A program made the translations under genes and the position numbers. Shown here one piece after another: positions 1-9,720 of a stretch of DNA of 35,890 nucleotides (the stretch's first letter is position 1; the number at the start of each line of letters is the position of its first letter). Below the pieces are notes generated by a model that was not told the origin of the DNA, made no database searches, and saw only the letters and a list, made by a program, of their open reading frames with translations. Source of the DNA: Craspedostauros australis (lineage: Eukaryota); NCBI GenBank assembly GCA_030167865.1, contig JALAGF010003843.1, forward strand, positions 62,001-97,890, written 5' to 3'.

Positions 1-54
1 ACATGAACACACGTGCGCGCACACCCGCAAAGGCTGCCACAGATCATCACGTAC

Positions 55-897
55 CAATGTCTTGTTGTAGTGGATGGCACCCGCCAGAGCCCCAGCAGCG
101 AAGAGAATGCTGATCAGATTCACGACGATGCCCGTGGTCCTCATTTCGTCGTTGTATTCATCCACAAAGTCTTCCTCGGAGCTGGCGTCGTATCCCCAAC
201 TTTCGGTGTTATCGCCACCGGTAGCGGCGATCAGGAAAGTGAGGAACGACAACACCATGCTGATGATCATAACTACGATGACTGCCCTGCGGAAGTCGCA
301 GCAGCAACGGCAGCACTGCGAAACGAATGGAGGTTGGGGGGGGAGGGCGGTAGAGGGTGGTAGAGCCGCAGTTGTTGTTGTTGTTGGCGATGATCATAGT
401 GGTGACGATGTCGGCATCGAGAGACAGAGCGAAACGGTGAGAACAACAGCGAGGCAAAATGGACAATCGAGTTGGAAGTTATTGCACAAAAACAAGAACC
501 GGAGCATCATCAATGTGGAGACGAAGTGCGGAGGCAAAAGCGAGCTGCGGCCACACGTTCGCAGCCTTTCCCAACATGTTCTCAAATCACAAACAGATCG
601 CACATACCGCCCGAAGTATGCCATCGCAAAGAGCATGCCCCCATCCCAAGCACACATATTCAATCATAATGTCGTCTCATTCATTCCTTGTTGCGATCGA
701 AGAAGTGGTTGCCATTGCATCAGCTTCACACTTACCTTGGCACCCATCTTTGGTTGGTCGTGCATTGGGGTGTTATCGATGCCCATGCTGGACGGCTTGT
801 CCACGGGGTACGCGGAGGCAGGTTGTGCTCCTGTCACAACCGTGATTGGCTCCGGAGAGGCGACGGCGACGGGAGTCTTTTGCTTTTCGATATCCAT
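55..897 (-). CDS. Spliced Cys-rich multi-pass membrane protein, 3' partial (exons 897..736 and 315..55; continues off the left edge)
   Basis: ATG at 897; donor AAG|GTAAGT at 735; acceptor TTCGCAG| at 316; both exons are phase 0 (54 + 87 codons), giving ...PKMGAK/CCRCCCDFRRAVIVVMIISMVLSFLTFLIAA...GIVVNLISILFAAGALAGAIHYNKTL; next donor GTACGT at 54. Confidence 0.8.
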
Positions 898-1930
898 GGT
901 GGCTAAGGAGGGAGTGGGTGACGGTGAGTGCTATCAGGAAGAACTATTTGTGGAAAGGCTGTGGGCTGGAACTGATGGGATCCGTTCTTTGTTGATTTGT
1001 TTTTATGTGATGTGATGTGCAACCTTGCGACGTTTGTGTGCCTTTCTCGAATTTAAGGGTTCTTTGGGATCTTTGCTGTGGGCGCAGAAGATCCCTTGCT
1101 TGCACCACACGCGTCGCCATCGTGCTTCTCCACCAGCAGTCTCGCAAACAGAACCAGAACTGTCAGATCTGCGAAGCCAAGAGATCGATGTGGGTTCCCA
1201 TCCAGGACTTCGTCGGAGTCGTGCACAGCCGCAGGATCTGTTCCTGGTTGCTCTCGAACCGAACAACGAGAACAGCCACGCCACATGAGGAATGGATGTG
1301 GAGGCAAGAAACCACGAATCAGTGACTTATCTCTGGTGTTCATGTAGCTCGGATGACCTGATGGTCCGAGTGAAAACAGAGTAGCTCTGAACCACACCAT
1401 AGTGCTCATGCTCCGTTGGCATGCACGAATGTTTCGACAGAGTTGGTACGAAGCTGACAGACCTCTCGAACCATCCTTCGATGCAGCGCAATTCACACAC
1501 TCTGCCACTCTGTGGTCCTCCAGCTTTGACTTTGTTTGGAATTTGGGAGCATCTGTAGTCATGATCGTGTGTTGTTTGATTTCAGAGTATTTGTTCACGT
1601 TGTTGTGTCTCGCACGACACACACGAGACATGTGCGACATGATCAGTTTTGGCGCGTCTGGATAGAGCGACTCGTTGGACCAAAGGGTCTGAATCAGTGT
1701 TGTCCATGATGAGGACAATTAACCGTATGTTAACCGTCACATGCTGAAATCAATCGAACCCAGAAACGTATCTTTGGTGGGTGGTGATTGATGATCTTTC
1801 TTTGCGCGTTGTCCATCGTTGGTGAAGAGAGCATCGAGGCTGAGACTGAGACCGAGACAGCGAGGAATCGGAAAGCAGGAAGAGCATACCTGATCTCTAT
1901 CGTAGCGAAGAGGATCCAACGCAGCAGGCG

Positions 1931-2701
1931 ATGGCATATTCGGTACGGATTGCGGGCATCATCGTTGCGGTGATCGCGCTGCATTTCTTCACAAATGGAC
2001 GGACATTCGATCGCAGCGATGCGTTGCCGAAGCTTGCTGTCGGTGCGTTCATGATCGAGAGCAGGGGCAAGCTCAGGAACAACAGAACGTGCAGGCAGAG
2101 ATGGGGTTGCGAATGCAAGTATCGTTCGAAGCATGGACGTCACCAATCGAGAAACGGATTGAGCCCAGTGCGACGGATGAAACAGAGGCAGATCGGGCGG
2201 GTCTTTGCGTCGGCAAATGGAGGAGCAGATGGAAGCGAGAACACTGAAAACGGCGAATCTGAAGAATCGCCAACTCCTCTTGAGGAAATGCTCGAACGTG
2301 CCAGAAAGCGGCCGAGTGTCGTCAACAATCCCATCTATGCTTTGCAGGCATGGTTAGATGGGCCGTTCCTCTCCATTACCAATGACTTGACTTTGGCAGA
2401 TCTCTCCACCCGTACCGATAACCGAGAATCCCAGAAAAGCGAGCTGGGACCTGATGCTCAAGCGGTCCTTTCAACAGTGCTGAGTGCATTTGGTTCGCTC
2501 ACTCGGGGAGACGTGGGTTTCGCCTCAATCTCGTGGATACTGTTGCATGCCAAGGGATTTGCCATCGGTCTCATCTTTGGTCGATTGTCGTTGAAGTACG
2601 TGGTCGGCACTCTCCGAGAAAGGTTGCCCCTGTCGGTTGCGTTGCTTCTGATACCAACCTGGCCGGCAATCTGGGGAATAATTTTGGATCAGATCATTTG
2701 A
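1931..2701 (+). CDS. Hypothetical protein with an N-terminal signal-like segment and C-terminal hydrophobic helices (possibly organelle-targeted)
   Basis: 256-aa ORF: hydrophobic N-terminus (IAGIIVAVIALHFF), basic Arg-rich stretch, then acidic linker and 2-3 hydrophobic segments; true start uncertain. Confidence 0.5.
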   Translation: MAYSVRIAGIIVAVIALHFFTNGRTFDRSDALPKLAVGAFMIESRGKLRNNRTCRQRWGCECKYRSKHGRHQSRNGLSPVRRMKQRQIGRVFASANGGADGSENTENGESEESPTPLEEMLERARKRPSVVNNPIYALQAWLDGPFLSITNDLTLADLSTRTDNRESQKSELGPDAQAVLSTVLSAFGSLTRGDVGFASISWILLHAKGFAIGLIFGRLSLKYVVGTLRERLPLSVALLLIPTWPAIWGIILDQII

Positions 2702-2966
2702 AAGTTGCAGTCACGCTGGTGCAAGTATCGCAGTTGCAACAAAAATTGTCCAAAGCAAGAACTGCCACAACTATTAACACACATACGAGTACTTGACTTT
2801 TAGTTGCACTTGTTTCCAGACGACTCCATCGGGCAGCGACTGCACCACCAGCACTCCCCAAGTCTATCCATTTTTCTTCCAAATCGATTCCGTGCCGAAC
2901 TGAACGGTGAAGAATTGCACTTCAATTCACCTCCCCATTTACCCCCGTGGCTGCGTATGGTCGGCC

Positions 2967-4988
2967 TCAAAGTGCATAGATCTCCGTCTTTTCTTCGACC
3001 GGGGTGATTCGAACGATCTTTGCGGAATCTGGTTGATACTGTGAGAGAATCGAATTTCCTTCGCCACCGTTCGCCTCTATGCGTTCTCGCTCCATGCGTT
3101 CACGCCGTCGCCGTTGGTGCTGCTCCCAACGCTTTCGTCGCCGTTCCTCTTGCTGTCCGAACATCACCTCGTTCTCGTCCAAAGGAAAGTCTCGTTGAGT
3201 GGTATTGACGTTGTTGGAATGCGCGGATCGAACGGATCTGGCTGGCGAGGAATGGACAACTGACGTGTTGGCGGACGTGCTGGCGATGCTGCTGCCGCCC
3301 GTGGGTTTGTTGTGGTTGTTGTTCATGACTCCGAACGTCAAATCGTCGATGGCTTCCGTCCAACGCGCGCCGTCGTGCTCTTCCTCGTTGGAAGATGTGT
3401 CACGCAGCAGTTGTTTCCTTGACGAAGATTGGATCTGTTTCGTCTTCTTGTCGTCATTCTTCTTCTGGCGGCCTCCAAACGAGCATCGACTTTTGTTGGC
3501 ATTGTCATCATCGCTTGGATCCGCATCGTCATTGTCATCTGCATCCGTCGAGTTCCTTCGCACGATCTTGACCTGCGGCACCGTCAAGGCCCTTGCGATG
3601 TTGTGCATGCAGTAGACCGTGATCAACATGCTGGCGTGGAAGATGAGGACGCCGTAGTAATCCTCCATGATGTGATGGTATCTCAGGTTTGGAAAGATGA
3701 TGGTCGCTATCGAGTACCACACGAGGATGCAACCGAGAGTGCACTGCACCCACGGAATGAGCGCGGCAGCATGCTCGATACTGAGACCGAGGTAGTAGAA
3801 CTGATAGCCCGAGAAGACGGATGGCTGCTTCTTCTGGACTGCGCGGGATAGGAAGTGCGCGCAGCAGCAGAACAAGAAGAGCGCGTAGAGGAAGTAGAAG
3901 AAGAACTCGCCGTAGAAGACGATGCGTTCACACACCGTCGCGTCCGATGCCGAAGTTGACAGGATGATGGGGAAATCTTCTGCTCCTGTTGATGTACCGT
4001 TGTTGCTGGTGCCGATCGCAACTTCATCGTCGTCTGCATCCAACAGCGAGCATGCAGTGCTTGCGCCAACCATAGTGAGCGTCGCAATGAGCAACAGCAT
4101 CTCCAGTATCGTGATGGTAACATGGCATGAGATCGGGCTGTCGCAACCACCGTCAGACTGAGTGCTGGAGTCATCATCATCATCATTGTCGTCGTCGTCG
4201 TCGTCGTTGGTATCAAAATCTGCTTTGAATTCACCTTCGTCAGTTCCATCACGATGCTCACCATCTTCAACGTCGCTGCTCGTCGGCACCATGCGATTTT
4301 CTTGCGCATGCCGATAGACTACGGATTCTACCGTGTAGGCATCGACCGCGAACTTGCGGTAGAAGACGACGGCCATCATCCAGAAGATGAAGGATATGGA
4401 GTAGGTGCTGTAGAATTCATCGTCGTGCTCCTGCAAGGGATGCTGCTGCTGTTGCCGCGGCGAGAACGTGGTGCTGGTGCCAAACCATAGCTTCGTGCAG
4501 GATTGGACCGCCATGGCGATTCCCAGACACAGAGTTCCCAAGATGGCGGATGGGCGCACGGCTCGTCGGTACTTGATCCTGGAGGTGCAGCGGTACCAGC
4601 ACAGATGTGCCACAAGGACGAGGCACACGAAGGTGACGAAGAATCCCGACGACCAGGAGATGGTCGAGTCGTCGATGTAACCCTTGAAGCATTGTGGTGA
4701 TGATGAGCCCGCATCCGTCGAGTTGCCATTGCTGTTGCCATTGTTGTTGCCGGTTGTGCTGTTGCTGTTGGTGTCCGGGTCGAGTGTGGACGTTGACGTG
4801 ATCGTCAGGACCTTGGTCTTGTCGATCCCCAGACTCCTGTCTTCAACGCAGTCGGGCGCCAGGATGATGACGCACGAACAGAAGGCAACGTAGAGAAAGA
4901 CCAGGAAGAGCAACCCAGATGGGATGTGGTCATACCACGGCTTGCGGATTCTGTATGATGGCGTGTCTCTGTCGTATTTGGACGTCAT
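2967..4988 (-). CDS. Uncharacterised multi-pass membrane protein with an acidic loop and low-complexity C-tail
   Basis: 673-aa ORF from ATG 4988 (the track starts at an upstream TTG); about 7-8 hydrophobic segments, poly-Asp and poly-Asn tracts, Cys in predicted loops. Confidence 0.75.
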   Translation of the reverse strand: MTSKYDRDTPSYRIRKPWYDHIPSGLLFLVFLYVAFCSCVIILAPDCVEDRSLGIDKTKVLTITSTSTLDPDTNSNSTTGNNNGNSNGNSTDAGSSSPQCFKGYIDDSTISWSSGFFVTFVCLVLVAHLCWYRCTSRIKYRRAVRPSAILGTLCLGIAMAVQSCTKLWFGTSTTFSPRQQQQHPLQEHDDEFYSTYSISFIFWMMAVVFYRKFAVDAYTVESVVYRHAQENRMVPTSSDVEDGEHRDGTDEGEFKADFDTNDDDDDDNDDDDDSSTQSDGGCDSPISCHVTITILEMLLLIATLTMVGASTACSLLDADDDEVAIGTSNNGTSTGAEDFPIILSTSASDATVCERIVFYGEFFFYFLYALFLFCCCAHFLSRAVQKKQPSVFSGYQFYYLGLSIEHAAALIPWVQCTLGCILVWYSIATIIFPNLRYHHIMEDYYGVLIFHASMLITVYCMHNIARALTVPQVKIVRRNSTDADDNDDADPSDDDNANKSRCSFGGRQKKNDDKKTKQIQSSSRKQLLRDTSSNEEEHDGARWTEAIDDLTFGVMNNNHNKPTGGSSIASTSANTSVVHSSPARSVRSAHSNNVNTTQRDFPLDENEVMFGQQEERRRKRWEQHQRRRRERMERERIEANGGEGNSILSQYQPDSAKIVRITPVEEKTEIYAL

Positions 4989-5976
4989 CTTCAAGTGTCT
5001 CGAGAGAATGAGGTGCAGTGCAGTGGAGTGGAGTGTTTGGTTCGAGTAAAACGAAGGAGCAGAGCGCGTCCAGAGACGTTGGATGATCAGCAGTGCCGGG
5101 ACAGGAGCGAACTTCTGAGACGTCGCGAGTCTCTGATGCAGATGTTCGTATCACGTTGTTTGGTCTGTGTCGTTTGCACTATGTATCGCATGCCCGATCT
5201 ACATACAATAGAGTAGTGTGGATGATGTCCGCTCTGGGCGAAGGTATCAATCCAATCCTTTGGCTGTTTCCGTCTCTCTCTCTCTGGGTTGCGCAATCCT
5301 CCCTCACTGTTGCACGTTGTTCATGTCGTTCACGATGGCAACATCACAACTTTGCGGATTTCCAAAATCTCATCAACCATCACCCACGACAGCCGACAGA
5401 CACAAAGGCCCCACACACAATCATCCGCCCTCCTCTCCGCGGATTGCGAAGCCACTCTTGATACTCTGCTCAACTCATCGACTGCGCAGAAGAGCACCAC
5501 GCTCCCACCAAGACCTCCGACGACAACGAGCTGATCGGATGCGCGATGTGCGCTACTCACACAACTTCCAGCCCCTGACATGTGACGAGGCAGCGCATCG
5601 CGCGCTCCTCCCACATGCGTTGAAAACGAATCGTGAACCCAAGGAAAAATCGGGAAACGGAACGAACAACCATTCTTCAATCCTCAAATTTATGCGAAGG
5701 CACAATTAGAATTCTAGTACCGCTAATGAAATATCAATACATACGGCTCTCATTGGTCTGCCATCCAACCATACATGACGTCAAGTCATTTGATCCAGCT
5801 GGTCGTTAACGAACAATTTTTGTGTTCGTATATTTAGTGTGTCCCATAATTGGCGAGTGTTGCGAGCTCCGACCCTCAGCGTGTTCCTCTTCCTCGTTCC
5901 ATATTTTTAATCAGGCGCAGTTGGTTGCTTCTCCATGCTCTACTCATCCATATTTGAAAGACCACAACTACACAAT

Positions 5977-7986
5977 TCACAACTGAGCATCTACTCCTAC
6001 CGCTTCCGACGAAGAAGAATCCGAGATGGGCTTGCGCAACGTCATGTACGCCGCCAGGCCGAAGAATGGGACAAATTTTGCTGCGTTCATCAGCAGGGCG
6101 TCCGAGTCGTTCGACATGCCGCGTCGTCGGCAGTCGTCATCGACCAACCAACCCTGGAAGATGGCAAAGATGGCCAGATCCACGATGAAGCTGGATCCGA
6201 CGCGGTCGATGCTGAGCAGCTCCAAGAAGCTCGGCAGACGCTGGTCCCATCCGCCGAACAGGTCGTCGCGCGCGAAGATCCCCCAAGCGATGGATACGGT
6301 CCCGACACCACCCAGCACACCGCCCAACCACGGGCTCTCCACTAGCTGCGCCGCAAACGAGAGCTCGTCCTGTGTCGTCGTCTTCGCAGAACTGAATTCC
6401 AACATCGCCGACGTCTCGCTGCTGCCATTGATGCGTGGTTTCGGCCGCCCCACATCGTCCTCGGTCGATCGCAATGCCAAGTACGGCAGCAAGAAGGCCG
6501 ACGTCAAGAACTGCATACCCGCCACAGCCGGCAACATGGGAAAGATATTGGGCTTATTCTTGCGATCATCCGACAGGAACCCCGCAAACAGCGCCGCCCA
6601 CGACAGCAGCAGGTTGAAGGTGCCTTCCATCATGGGATGCACGATCGGCGCGAATGGCAGTTGGAGGATGGGACTCACGAGGAAGAAGTTGATGGAGAGA
6701 TCCCGCACCTCGATCCACGTGCGCTCCTCCAGGGCTGTAGCCGGAAGTCCGAAGAACCAATCGGACAGGAAGACGACGTACATGTACGTCACCCAAATCG
6801 CGATGGCCGCCCATCGCTTTGGATCGTTGGCGAGGTTGAATTGCAACGTGGATACGAAGAGTTCCCATCCACCGCTCTTGATCGGTGGCGGCTCCACGAT
6901 GTCGATGCCCTGCTGTATCTTCCGATTGGCGCTGATTTCGTAATACGAGATGCCAGCCGCGTAAGGCAACGGTTTGCCATTGTTGTTGACGCGCCATGTT
7001 GTGACGATGGATTGCGTGTTGTCCTTGTTGGTTTGGATGGCCTTGTCCATGAGGTCGAACGCGAAGGTGGGTGGGAAACATCCCGCGCAGATATTGAGAT
7101 GCTTTCCCAATGCTTCCTTGCCAGCGAATGGCTGCGGGAAGGCAGTATCGTCGTAGACCACATCATCCTCAAACAGAGAGACAGCCTGTTCCATGTCCCG
7201 TTTGCTCCAGGCAGCGAAGTATTGCTCTGGAATGGATAGGCTAGAAACGTCATCATCCGCGCTGGATGCAGCTGGTTCCGCAGCACCTCCCCTGGCGACG
7301 ATCTTGGAGACCTTGCTGAGCAGTTTCAGGTTGGCTTCGCCACCCTTGGCGCCGGCAGTTTCTGGAATCCAGGCCACCGATTGGATCTTTTTGGATTGCG
7401 GATGCAACGTGAAGAGGGCGAGGCCCTTGTATGTCTGCTGAGATTGATGGGTGGATTGGAAGTAGATGCCCACCTTCGGTTCGCCGTCGTCGTCATTCAC
7501 AACAATGTTCTGAATCTGCACATCGGTCGATCTTTGGACGACCATATTCAATCGCAAGTAACGCTCGATTTCCTCCATGCCTTGGAATGACTTTTCGAAA
7601 GAGCGATCCAGAAATTCCGTGTTGCTTCCATTATCATCATTAGCAGTGGAAGAAGAGTACCCTTCAAAGCATGCGAGCGCTCGTTCGATGTCGTGATGCT
7701 CAAAGTAGGCACGGAAGAATTGTTCAGCAATTGTGGGACCAGCCGGCGATGTCGTTGCTGTGGCCGAAAAGGAATCATCCTCGCCAAAGAATGGGAGGTT
7801 CCAAAAGTGCAGCTGCGACCGTTCATGTCTGGCAACCTTCACGTTGCGCGGGTGGAAGGGACTGGAATGTGAGGTCAATGTTGCTTGGTGATGGACAAAG
7901 CCGTTCGTGGAGAAGCCGAGTGCACTGTGAGGCATGCAAGACGCCACCATGACCATCGACGTGACGATGGTGGGAAGCGTGATCAT
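5977..7986 (-). CDS. Plastid-targeted protein: two NTF2/SnoaL-like domains fused to a multi-TM C-terminal domain
   Basis: Signal peptide ending ...SALG-F followed by a Ser/His/Arg transit-like region. SnoaL-like motif YFAAWSKRDMEQAVSLFEDDVVYDDTAFPQPFAG...GKPLPYAAGISYYE...DIVEP, with a diverged first copy (FFRAYFEHHD...FLDRSFEKSFQG). C-terminal TM region contains MQFLTSAFLLPYLALR and DDCRRRG. Confidence 0.85.
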   Translation of the reverse strand: MITLPTIVTSMVMVASCMPHSALGFSTNGFVHHQATLTSHSSPFHPRNVKVARHERSQLHFWNLPFFGEDDSFSATATTSPAGPTIAEQFFRAYFEHHDIERALACFEGYSSSTANDDNGSNTEFLDRSFEKSFQGMEEIERYLRLNMVVQRSTDVQIQNIVVNDDDGEPKVGIYFQSTHQSQQTYKGLALFTLHPQSKKIQSVAWIPETAGAKGGEANLKLLSKVSKIVARGGAAEPAASSADDDVSSLSIPEQYFAAWSKRDMEQAVSLFEDDVVYDDTAFPQPFAGKEALGKHLNICAGCFPPTFAFDLMDKAIQTNKDNTQSIVTTWRVNNNGKPLPYAAGISYYEISANRKIQQGIDIVEPPPIKSGGWELFVSTLQFNLANDPKRWAAIAIWVTYMYVVFLSDWFFGLPATALEERTWIEVRDLSINFFLVSPILQLPFAPIVHPMMEGTFNLLLSWAALFAGFLSDDRKNKPNIFPMLPAVAGMQFLTSAFLLPYLALRSTEDDVGRPKPRINGSSETSAMLEFSSAKTTTQDELSFAAQLVESPWLGGVLGGVGTVSIAWGIFARDDLFGGWDQRLPSFLELLSIDRVGSSFIVDLAIFAIFQGWLVDDDCRRRGMSNDSDALLMNAAKFVPFFGLAAYMTLRKPISDSSSSEAVGVDAQL

Positions 7987-8612
7987 CGTGCCAGTCTCTG
8001 ATCAGCTGGTTTCACCTGGTCTCTGTGCTCTCCTCAAATACGAATGCGAATGCGAGCCTTGGTACGAGTATTAGTCCGAGTGCTTGTCGTTGAATGTCAC
8101 TGTAATGGCTTCGTGATGGCTGTAACCTGAAGTGCTCAACAGATCATTGGTGGTGCGCCGAGCAAAGTCACAACGATGCTCTTCCACGTCTGTCAAGAGA
8201 GAGAGAGGTCATCGAAGTTGCATCGCGTTGTGATGTGCACAGACGTCATCGCCAGCACGCTCATCTTTTTGCCACCAACCACGATGAATCAGAACTTGGG
8301 AAATGGATGACAAATCGTATCTTTCGACTCATTCGATTGCATGGCTAACTTTTTCTACGCTCTACTCCGACGGTGGTAGAATGTCAGTGCCCACAGGACC
8401 GTAGTCGTAAATGCTTGAAGCACAATCACCCATGAACGATTGAGCAAGTTCTTTGATGACGACCAGATGCAATGACGATAGTCTCTACCAGAGTGTACTA
8501 GTACAGAAGCGAGTGAACTCAAGGACGTTTTTATGATACGGCAAAAGGAGCATGGATAATTAAAGAGCATAATAATAATAATAGTCTATAATAGAATAGA
8601 GTACAGCATTGT

Positions 8613-8637
8613 ACCATACCATACCATACCATACCAT
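8613..8637. repeat. (ACCAT)5 microsatellite
   Basis: Read directly; lies just 3' of the GDEL gene stop. Confidence 0.85.
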
Positions 8638-8661
8638 ACTCCATCAAAAGCCGGCAGCTTC

Positions 8662-9249
8662 CTACAGCTCATCACCAAGAGCGCTCGCCTGCTTAGCTTG
8701 CTCCTGCAGATCGGACCAGATGGCCTTGAGCTCCGCCTTCCAAAGATCCGGATCCGCCTTGAATTGCAGGATCTCCTCATCCGTGAGCTGCCCCGATTGG
8801 ATGACGGATTCCAGGACGAGGTCGGCCTTTGCCAATATCGTCTGCAGCATTTCCTCGTCGGCACCGGCCAGCTCCATGAGGGTCTCATCGAGAGCCTGCG
8901 ATACGTAACGATCGTCGATCATCTCCTGCAGCGCGGCCTCGAAATCGCCCGGTTGCATCTGGCTCAGATCCTCCATGACTTCTTGCATGGCCTGGATCGT
9001 GGACGGATCGTCGCCCAGAATCCCGACCATCTCGCCCATGAGCTCCTTCATTTCTTGCGGCGACATTTGCGCGAACATCTCCATGGCCTCGGCCAGTTCG
9101 GGATCCTGCATGAGATCCTGGACCAAGTCGTTCTGTGCATGGTCCACCTTGGCGGATGGCGGCACGCCGAATTGGGCACGCGACGATGCCACGAACAGGA
9201 ATGCCATCAGCAGCAGCGTTCGCACGCAGAATGCAGGGATACGGAACAT
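8662..9249 (-). CDS. Secretory/ER-lumen helical protein with a C-terminal GDEL; Met/Glu-rich with DP motifs (STI1-like)
   Basis: 195 aa from ATG 9249; signal peptide MFRIPAFCVRTLLLMAFLFVASSRA; QDPEL, DDPST and ADPDL motifs; ends ALGDEL-stop. Confidence 0.8.
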   Translation of the reverse strand: MFRIPAFCVRTLLLMAFLFVASSRAQFGVPPSAKVDHAQNDLVQDLMQDPELAEAMEMFAQMSPQEMKELMGEMVGILGDDPSTIQAMQEVMEDLSQMQPGDFEAALQEMIDDRYVSQALDETLMELAGADEEMLQTILAKADLVLESVIQSGQLTDEEILQFKADPDLWKAELKAIWSDLQEQAKQASALGDEL

Positions 9250-9720
9250 GATCGCGGTTCTGGTATGGCGGGGGATAGGTGGGTGTATGATATGGCTGTG
9301 GGAGCGAGTGTGCAGTGGAAGGGTGTTGCGATGGATGGATGGATGGATGTGTGCGAAGAATGGCAGCGATCGCAATCAATGCGAACAACTTGAGACATGT
9401 GCGTTGGAACTTGTTGTTGTTGGTGTTGGTTTGATGGGTCCTGCATTCACGTGACACGCAAGTTCCACGACTCAATCCTGTTGTGTCTGTCCGTCCATAC
9501 GGTCATTTGTTCTCTTTGACGTCTCGATTCGTTTTTGCGTTTTTCGGCGAAAGGCGAAGACGATGACGGCGAAAAACGCGAATGTCATCAACCACACACA
9601 TCAACAGAAGAATCGAACGATGTGAATTGATGTGAATTGATGTTGCAGTTCATTGATGTGAATTGATTGTGTAGTTCATTGATACTCGTACGACTATAAT
9701 ACCACACGCAGAAGATACCG

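Noticed and set aside
9-16. ACACGTGC iron-responsive-like motif
   Set aside because: Lies in an intron of an unrelated gene as a single occurrence
74-1015. 313-aa plus-strand ORF
   Set aside because: Antisense shadow of the spliced minus-strand gene; no protein-like features
1053-1718. 221-aa minus-strand ORF
   Set aside because: Non-ATG start, no motifs, intergenic-like composition
5776-5783. TGACGTCA (CRE/CCRE-like) site, plus TGACGT at 8243 and 9517
   Set aside because: Short motifs expected by chance in 36 kb; no clustering near a start site
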